From Cenarchaeum symbiosum A (GTDB lineage Archaea > Thermoproteota > Nitrososphaeria > Nitrososphaerales > Nitrosopumilaceae): a stretch of 32,000 bases of DNA. The notes under the pieces are model-generated. The model ran no database searches and was not told the origin of the DNA. It saw only the letters and a program-made list of their open reading frames with translations. The position numbers and the translations under genes were made by a program. Below are positions 27,326 through 32,000 of this stretch, piece by piece; the first letter of the stretch is position 1, and each line of letters begins with the position of its first letter. The DNA lies in contig DP000238.1 of assembly GCA_000200715.1 (NCBI GenBank), positions 924,593 to 956,592 on the forward strand, in the 5' to 3' direction.

Positions 27326-27348
27326 GTGAAGGAGTACAAAGTGCGCCC

Positions 27349-28161
27349 GTGAATGCTCTAAGGGACGGCAGGGGCCCGATCGTGCTTGGGATCATCGCCA
27401 TGGCGGCGCTCTTTCTTGTATATTCAAAGTACCAGGACCCCGAGTTCATCACGCCTGGAGCGGTGGACAGCTTTCTGAGGATGGCATACGGCTTTTACGT
27501 GGGGATGCTGGCGTCGATGGCGTCAGTGGCCTATGGGCTGCACAAGTACCACTCGGCTGCCGCAGCAGGCGGCCGGGGCATGCTGTCCGTCATAGCCCTC
27601 GCGACCAGCGGCAGAAAGCCCCGCAAGGTCTTTGTCGCCACGTTTGTCGCATACGGGATATTCTTTTCTCTTACATCGGGGACGCTTGTATACCAGCCCG
27701 AGATCATCTTTTCGTTCCACTACGGGGTGGATGTGCCGTCGGCCGAGATCATACCGTGCTGCGACGCGCCGGGCTTTATGCCAAAGATCCACGTGTATAT
27801 AACAGAGAATGTCGGCCTGCAGGTGATCCCCCTGAACCTGGCCCTGCAGGTGGCTGTCTCGTATCTTGTTGCCGTCAACATATCGCTGGCGGCGGGCGCA
27901 TATGCTGCAGCCAAGAGGGGCGCCGGCGTGGGCGGGATAGGCGCGGTGACGGGCCTCTTTGTGGCATGCCCGACATGCGTGGGGTCGCTGCTCTCGGCAT
28001 TTGTCGGGACGGCAAGCGGCATAGCCCTTGCAGCTACGCTAGCACAGTTTCAGACCGTATTCATAGCAGTCAGCATACCGGTCCTGCTGGTGGGCCCCGT
28101 CATCATGGCAAGAAAGCTGCAGGGGGGCGATTGCGCGCTGGACCTTGCCGTGAATCACTGA
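27349..28161 (+). CDS. Multi-pass membrane protein with vicinal CC and intramembrane CPTC motifs. Its function is unknown.
   Basis: It is 270 aa with about 6 hydrophobic segments and a GTG start. The two Cys motifs are ..AEIIPCCDAPGF.. and ..GLFVACPTCVGSLLSAF... Confidence 0.7.
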   Translation: MNALRDGRGPIVLGIIAMAALFLVYSKYQDPEFITPGAVDSFLRMAYGFYVGMLASMASVAYGLHKYHSAAAAGGRGMLSVIALATSGRKPRKVFVATFVAYGIFFSLTSGTLVYQPEIIFSFHYGVDVPSAEIIPCCDAPGFMPKIHVYITENVGLQVIPLNLALQVAVSYLVAVNISLAAGAYAAAKRGAGVGGIGAVTGLFVACPTCVGSLLSAFVGTASGIALAATLAQFQTVFIAVSIPVLLVGPVIMARKLQGGDCALDLAVNH

Positions 28162-28180
28162 GTGCAGGAGCACGGGATCT

Positions 28181-28579
28181 TTGGACGGCGCGCCGGACGC
28201 GCCCGATACCGGCAGTCCCCCGCCTCAATACAAGAACGAGGGCACCGCTCTGGCGCTGTCCGTCGTTCTTGGCCTGGTAGGAATAGGGGGCGCGGGCCAC
28301 ATGTATGCAGGAAAGGCGGGAAAGGGCGCCGGCCTGCTGGTTCTCAGCATGCCCCTGTATGGGATGGTCCTGCTGATACTGTACGTATTCATTGGAATCG
28401 GCTTTCTTGTGGCCGTCGATGAGGAGGTAGGGCCATATCTTAAAACACTCGTCATATTCATCGGAACCTGCTTTATGGCATCATACGTCTGGCTGTTCTT
28501 TTGGCAGGTTTTTGACGCCAGGAAGCTGTGCAGGATGTATAACGGCCAGATAAGGAAAACAGGCATGCCGCCATGGTAG
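28181..28579 (+). CDS. TM2-domain-like small membrane protein.
   Basis: KNEGTALALSVVLGLVGIGGAGHMYAGKAGKGAGLLVL resembles the TM2 signature (A-x-x-L-x-x-F-L-G-x-x-G-x-H-R-F-Y-x-G-K). The only in-frame start is TTG, 20 nt after the upstream stop and preceded by GGAG, so it is probably co-transcribed. Confidence 0.55.
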   Translation: MDGAPDAPDTGSPPPQYKNEGTALALSVVLGLVGIGGAGHMYAGKAGKGAGLLVLSMPLYGMVLLILYVFIGIGFLVAVDEEVGPYLKTLVIFIGTCFMASYVWLFFWQVFDARKLCRMYNGQIRKTGMPPW

Positions 28580-28757
28580 GAGCACAGCCTGCCCACATTG
28601 AGTGTAAGACATGGTGATGGGAGCAAGGCTGGGCACCAGGATTCAAGGCCGGCTCAAGGCGCGGGAACCGTCCAACTGTGCATGGCCCGCCCATCAACCG
28701 GCTGTATCGATAACAATCACAGGCAGTGGCCGCCTGGGCGGTCGATGCATGTTGCCA

Positions 28758-28765
28758 TTTTTTTT
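28758..28765 (+). terminator. T8 run in the intergenic region downstream of the TM2 gene.
   Basis: It is the longest T-run on the + strand in the window, about 180 nt after the stop at 28579. Confidence 0.4.
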
Positions 28766-28866
28766 CAAGGTCCTTTATAAGGGATAATCATGCCTAGTGT
28801 GCTTGTTCCGGCCCCCGGCCTGACCAACCCGGCGTGCCACATTTTACAAGAGCCCCGCTACGCAAC

Positions 28867-28873
28867 TTTATAT
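28867..28873 (+). promoter_or_regulatory. TATA-like box (TTTATAT) about 26 nt upstream of the ATG at 28896.
   Basis: It supports the + strand frame as the expressed one in this repetitive locus. Confidence 0.5.
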
Positions 28874-28895
28874 TCCCACGTCCGGGGGGCTCCGC

Positions 28896-29276
28896 ATGAA
28901 AAAGGCATACATTGCAGTCGGGATTCTAGTCCCAGTGGCCATAGTGTCCATAATCTTCGGGTCCTTGGGGTCCGAAGGTGACTCCATGATGGAGGGCAGC
29001 ATGATGGACGACCTCATGATGGATGATACCATGGTTGATGAGACCATGATGGATGACTCTATGATGGACGAGGCGGACATGATGGATGATACCATGATGG
29101 ACGAGACGGACATGATGGATGATACCATGATGGACGAGATGGACATGATGGATGACTCTATGATGGATGATACCATGATGGACGAATCCGAGATGGAAGA
29201 GACCATGATGGACGAGATGGAAGAAGAGCCCCAGCACATCAGCATAAGCGTGGGCGACACACCGGCATTCCAATAG
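28896..29276 (+). CDS. Membrane-anchored Met/Asp/Glu-rich repeat protein (126 aa).
   Basis: The N-terminal TM or signal anchor is MKKAYIAVGILVPVAIVSIIFGSLG. Aa 31-111 then contain 30 Met and 36 Asp/Glu in 81 residues (MMDDT/MMDES/MMDET...), and the protein ends PQHISISVGDTPAFQ. Confidence 0.7.
   Translation: MKKAYIAVGILVPVAIVSIIFGSLGSEGDSMMEGSMMDDLMMDDTMVDETMMDDSMMDEADMMDDTMMDETDMMDDTMMDEMDMMDDSMMDDTMMDESEMEETMMDEMEEEPQHISISVGDTPAFQ
28986..29228 (+). repeat. Coding microsatellite-like tract, (ATGATGGAYGAN NNN)n, with a 33-nt higher-order unit.
   Basis: ATGATGGATGATACCATGATGGACGAGACGGAC is followed directly by ATGATGGATGATACCATGATGGACGAGATGGAC, and there are many 15-nt MMD[DE]x units. Confidence 0.85.
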
Positions 29277-29327
29277 ATACACGGTTCCACATCACCATTT
29301 CCCCGGGCAGACACCCGGACCCCGGCG

Positions 29328-29708
29328 CTACAGGCCGCCGGTCATATCCTTTATTCTGTTTATTAACCCGATTTTTGTATCCATGTGCACTTCGGGCTCC
29401 ATCGTAAAGTAGATGGTGTAGTTTCTCGGGTACAGAACAATCTGCGTGACCCGCTCGCGCTCGACATGCACATAACTGACGGCCCCCAGGGTGTCATCGA
29501 ACTCCTCGCGCATGCGCCTCCTCTTGGCCACCTGCCTGCAAAAATGCTCCTCTTCTTTTTGTGATTCAAGCGATGTCTTGCCCCTCTTCATTATCGCCTC
29601 GACTATTGCGCCATCCTCGTCTATGACTGCCGCAAAGCGCATCTGCGGCTCGAGGTCTATCATGTCCTCGACAAGATCCTTGAGGTTCCCGTCCCCGTAA
29701 TAGCCCAT
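29328..29708 (-). CDS. Hypothetical protein (126 aa), possibly with a Roadblock/LC7-like fold.
   Basis: I prefer the ATG at 29708 (MGYYGDGNLKDLVEDM...) because TTTATAA (29732-29738, minus strand) lies about 27 nt upstream and inside the track's 35-aa extension. The pattern ..RFAAVIDEDGAIVEAI....VHVERERVTQIVLY.RNYTIYFTME is Roadblock-like, but this assignment is tentative. Confidence 0.65.
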   Translation of the reverse strand: MGYYGDGNLKDLVEDMIDLEPQMRFAAVIDEDGAIVEAIMKRGKTSLESQKEEEHFCRQVAKRRRMREEFDDTLGAVSYVHVERERVTQIVLYPRNYTIYFTMEPEVHMDTKIGLINRIKDMTGGL

Positions 29709-29731
29709 TGCGCGCGGCCGCCCGCACCCGG

Positions 29732-29738
29732 TTATAAA
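29732..29738 (-). promoter_or_regulatory. TATA box (TTTATAA on the minus strand) about 27 nt upstream of the ATG at 29708.
   Basis: It is a perfect TATA-like heptamer in GC-rich DNA. Confidence 0.5.
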
Positions 29739-29829
29739 CGGGATTCTCCCCAGGACTGTGTGCCCGGCACATGCCGCAGGCGCAAGATAGCGGATCCAAC
29801 TAAAATAGGGCACAGTGCCGCGCCGCCCC

Positions 29830-30000
29830 GTGAAGACCCACAGGATACTTACATTTCTTGGGGCTGTGCTGCTTGCGGCTACGGTTGCCCTGTATTACGG
29901 GGAAGATGGGGGATCGGATCTGGCGTATGTGACAGGGGCTGCAATGCTTGCAGCGCTGGCAGGCGGCCTTCTCTTATTCAACAAGGATCATGTAAAATAG
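29830..30000 (+). CDS. Small 2-TM membrane protein (56 aa, or 61 aa from the GTG at 29815).
   Basis: The two hydrophobic helices are ILTFLGAVLLAATVALYY and AYVTGAAMLAALAGGLLLF. TAAAATA at 29801-29807 lies 26 nt upstream of the in-frame GTG at 29830. Confidence 0.45.
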   Translation: MKTHRILTFLGAVLLAATVALYYGEDGGSDLAYVTGAAMLAALAGGLLLFNKDHVK

Positions 30001-32000
30001 CTATTCCCTGTCTATGAACTCGGATACTGTCGGCGGGTCGGGCGCGAGCCCCTTGCGCTTGCGTATGTCAGATATGGATTCTGCCAGCCTGGACTTTGGC
30101 ACCTCGGCCCACCTCTTGAAATGAGAGTTCCACATGGCCTTGCCGGCGGTCTGGCCCCTCATTTCTTCGGACAGCGTAAAGGTCTCGGATGCGGGTATCT
30201 CGCCTGTTACAATGCTGGCGGGGCCCTTTTGGATCATGTCCATGACCTTGCCCGATTTTGAGGATAGAACAGTGGCCACATTTCCCACCATGTCGGTAGG
30301 CACCCTTACCTCTATGGCAAGTATCGGCTCGAGGAGCGAGGTGCCGGCGGTCAATAGCGCCCCCATGCATGCCCGTCGCGACGCGGGCCCGAGCTGGGAT
30401 AGCCCCCGGTGTGCCGCATCCTCGTGGGGCACAAAGTGCGTAAACGTAAACTTGCAGTCCCTCATCTGCTCCCTGCACATGGGGCCCTCCTTCATTGCAT
30501 CATCAAAGCCAGAGTTTATGGAATCCGTCGATTCCTGCACAAACTGCACGCCCTTGGTCCCGTTGATCATCACGTTGCCCCGCGGGTCGAGCTTCATCAC
30601 CCGCTTTACTGTATCGGTGTCCCAGCCCTGCTCCTTGAGCAGGTCGGCCATCTCTTTTTTGTCCTTCATCTCGCTTATGCGGCCCGACCGGAGCATATCG
30701 CCGATGGTAGGCTCGAGGGGCTCGACCCTCATGAATATCTTGTTGTGGCGGTTGGGCGACTTTGACATGACTGCCTCGCACCCGGAACTTACCGTCTCTC
30801 TATAGTTGATGAGGGGCTCTGAAGTGATTATCTCCACTTTTGCATCCTGTATTCTATGTGTCGCCACGTCAAGGTGCAGCACGCCCATGCCAGAAACGAT
30901 GGTCTCGCCGCTCTCTTCGTCTATTTTTACCACAAGGTTGGGATCCTCTATGGTCAGCTGCTTTAGCACCTCTACTAGCCGCGGCAGGTCCTTGGGGTGC
31001 TTTGGCTCGACGGCTATCTGGACTACAGGCTCTGATACATAGCTGACACCTTCGAATACCTTTATCCCGGCTATAGATGATAGCGTGTTGCCTGCCCTTG
31101 AATCGGCAAGACCAATGAGCGCGGGTATGTTGCCTGCGCCAAGCTCGCCTACTTGCTCCCTCTGGTTGCCCATGAAAAAGTTGACCGACTGGACGCGGCC
31201 TTCGCGCTTTGCGTCTATTATGTTGACGGTCTGCCCGTCCCGGATGGTACCGGAGAAGAGCCTCCCTATGGCCACGGAACCCGCGGCCTTGTCGAGCACC
31301 ATGTTGACTACCATCATTATGGTCGGGCCGTCGTCCTTGCATGCGAGGAGCGCCTTGCCTATGTCGGATTCAAGGTCGCCGTGCCAGATCTTGGGTATTC
31401 TGTACTTTTGGGCCACGTGCGGGGGCGGGTGGTGCTTTACTACCATGCCGAGGACCGCGTCAGCCAGCGGGGCGCGCTCGACGAGCTCGTCGACCTTGCC
31501 TTCTGAATAGGCATCTATTACATCCTTGAATGTTATGCCCTTTTCCTTCATTACGTCTACGTTTATGGCCCATTTGTCTTTTGCCGAGCCGAATGTAACG
31601 CTGGCATCCTGTATGGAGACCTTCCAGGCATCTCTGTATTCCGGTTCTGCATACGTATCTAGCAGCTGGTTAAAGTTGGAGACTACGGATGCCAGTGTCT
31701 CTTGCATCTTCTCAGGAGTCAGGCGGAGCTCCTTGATGAGGCGGTCGACCTTGTTTATGAAAAGGACGGGCCGGACGAGCTCTTCGAGCGCCATCCTTGT
31801 TACGGTTTCTGTCTGCGTCATTATCCCCTCGACTGCATCGCAGACGACCACCGCGCCGTCTATTGCCCGGAGGCTGCGTATGACCCTGCCGCTAAAGTCC
31901 ACGTGGCCCGGCGTGTCTATCATGTTTATGACGTATTCATCCTCTTTCTGGGTATAGTGTAATGTGACGTTGGCCTGGTATATGGTGATGCCCCGCTCCT
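30001..32000 (-). CDS. fusA: Translation elongation factor aEF-2, with its N-terminus beyond the window edge.
   Basis: The frame stays open to nt 32000 (..ERGITIYQANVTLHYTQKEDEYVINMIDTPGHVDF..). It carries G3 DTPGH, G4 NKVD and the diphthamide motif H-E-D-A-A-H-R-G. The stop is the TAG at 30001-30003. Confidence 0.95.
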   Translation of the reverse strand, partial: ERGITIYQANVTLHYTQKEDEYVINMIDTPGHVDFSGRVIRSLRAIDGAVVVCDAVEGIMTQTETVTRMALEELVRPVLFINKVDRLIKELRLTPEKMQETLASVVSNFNQLLDTYAEPEYRDAWKVSIQDASVTFGSAKDKWAINVDVMKEKGITFKDVIDAYSEGKVDELVERAPLADAVLGMVVKHHPPPHVAQKYRIPKIWHGDLESDIGKALLACKDDGPTIMMVVNMVLDKAAGSVAIGRLFSGTIRDGQTVNIIDAKREGRVQSVNFFMGNQREQVGELGAGNIPALIGLADSRAGNTLSSIAGIKVFEGVSYVSEPVVQIAVEPKHPKDLPRLVEVLKQLTIEDPNLVVKIDEESGETIVSGMGVLHLDVATHRIQDAKVEIITSEPLINYRETVSSGCEAVMSKSPNRHNKIFMRVEPLEPTIGDMLRSGRISEMKDKKEMADLLKEQGWDTDTVKRVMKLDPRGNVMINGTKGVQFVQESTDSINSGFDDAMKEGPMCREQMRDCKFTFTHFVPHEDAAHRGLSQLGPASRRACMGALLTAGTSLLEPILAIEVRVPTDMVGNVATVLSSKSGKVMDMIQKGPASIVTGEIPASETFTLSEEMRGQTAGKAMWNSHFKRWAEVPKSRLAESISDIRKRKGLAPDPPTVSEFIDRE

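Noticed and set aside
25404-27339. Off-frame and antisense ORFs within trkH (25404-26246 +, 25692-26357 -, 26530-27105 -, 26805-27281 -).
   Set aside because: They overlap a confidently recognised CBS-TrkH frame, and their translations are low-complexity and Arg-rich.
28580-28895. Small ORFs or an RNA gene in the 315-bp spacer (28598-28780, 28790-28981; a GTGATGG C-box-like motif; a GATTCAAGG T-loop-like motif).
   Set aside because: The ORF translations are Arg/Gly-rich, there is no matching D box or tRNA stems, and the TATA at 28774-80 is only ~13 nt from the 28790 ATG. An ncRNA cannot be excluded but is unsupported.
28868-29314. Minus-strand ORFs across the Met-rich locus (148 aa with SIM/SSI repeats; 118 aa with His-rich repeats).
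   Set aside because: They are antisense readings of the (ATGATGGAYGA)n tract. Only the + frame has a TM or signal anchor, a correctly spaced TATA-like box and a non-repetitive C-terminus. The His-rich frame is intriguing but lacks any start context.

Overview
This is a GC-rich archaeal chromosome segment. The gene content includes aEF-2 with the diphthamide motif, the archaea-type FAICAR synthetase PurP, and TatC/TatA. AT-rich TATA-like boxes sit about 24-28 nt upstream of most start codons, which implies leaderless mRNAs. Together this fits a high-GC thaumarchaeon (Nitrososphaerota); Cenarchaeum-like is my guess and is not verified. Nt 1-18441 (58% of the window) is one uninterrupted + strand ORF that is still open at the 5' window edge, with 6,146 codons visible. 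Read by eye it is strictly modular. It has 73 beta-propeller blades of about 50 aa, grouped 8+(cut by the window edge)/10/5/10/10/5/10/15. Each of the first seven groups is closed by a C-x10-C hairpin (the seventh is C-x8-C), and six of those hairpins lead into an Ig-like spacer of about 100 aa. There are also two arrays of near-identical 321-bp (107-aa) acidic tandem repeats about 2.9 kb apart, built from a nested 20-24-aa D-x-P-x-V sub-repeat, and a Pro/Glu-rich C-terminus with no transmembrane anchor. This looks like a giant extracellular multivalent binding or adhesion protein, and it is the main item of interest. Downstream (18.5-32 kb) lie compact housekeeping and accessory genes: a hypothetical protein, tatC, tatA, an SRPBCC/START-like protein, ubiX, purP, a BFN/DUF151 nuclease-like protein, a CBS-pair::TrkH fusion K+ transporter, a multi-pass membrane protein with CC and CPTC motifs, a TM2-domain protein, a Roadblock-like hypothetical, a small 2-TM protein and a partial aEF-2. 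Three accessory oddities stand out. The first is a ~640-bp low-GC islet carrying a lone Panacea/DUF4065-like (SocA-type antitoxin) gene, flanked by ~0.5 kb and ~0.9 kb stretches with no convincing genes. The second is a membrane-anchored protein whose ectodomain is 37% Met and 44% Asp/Glu, written as (MMD[DE]x)n. The third is the direct fusion of a CBS pair to TrkH. All calls rest on reading the sequence and motif recall; no database search was possible.
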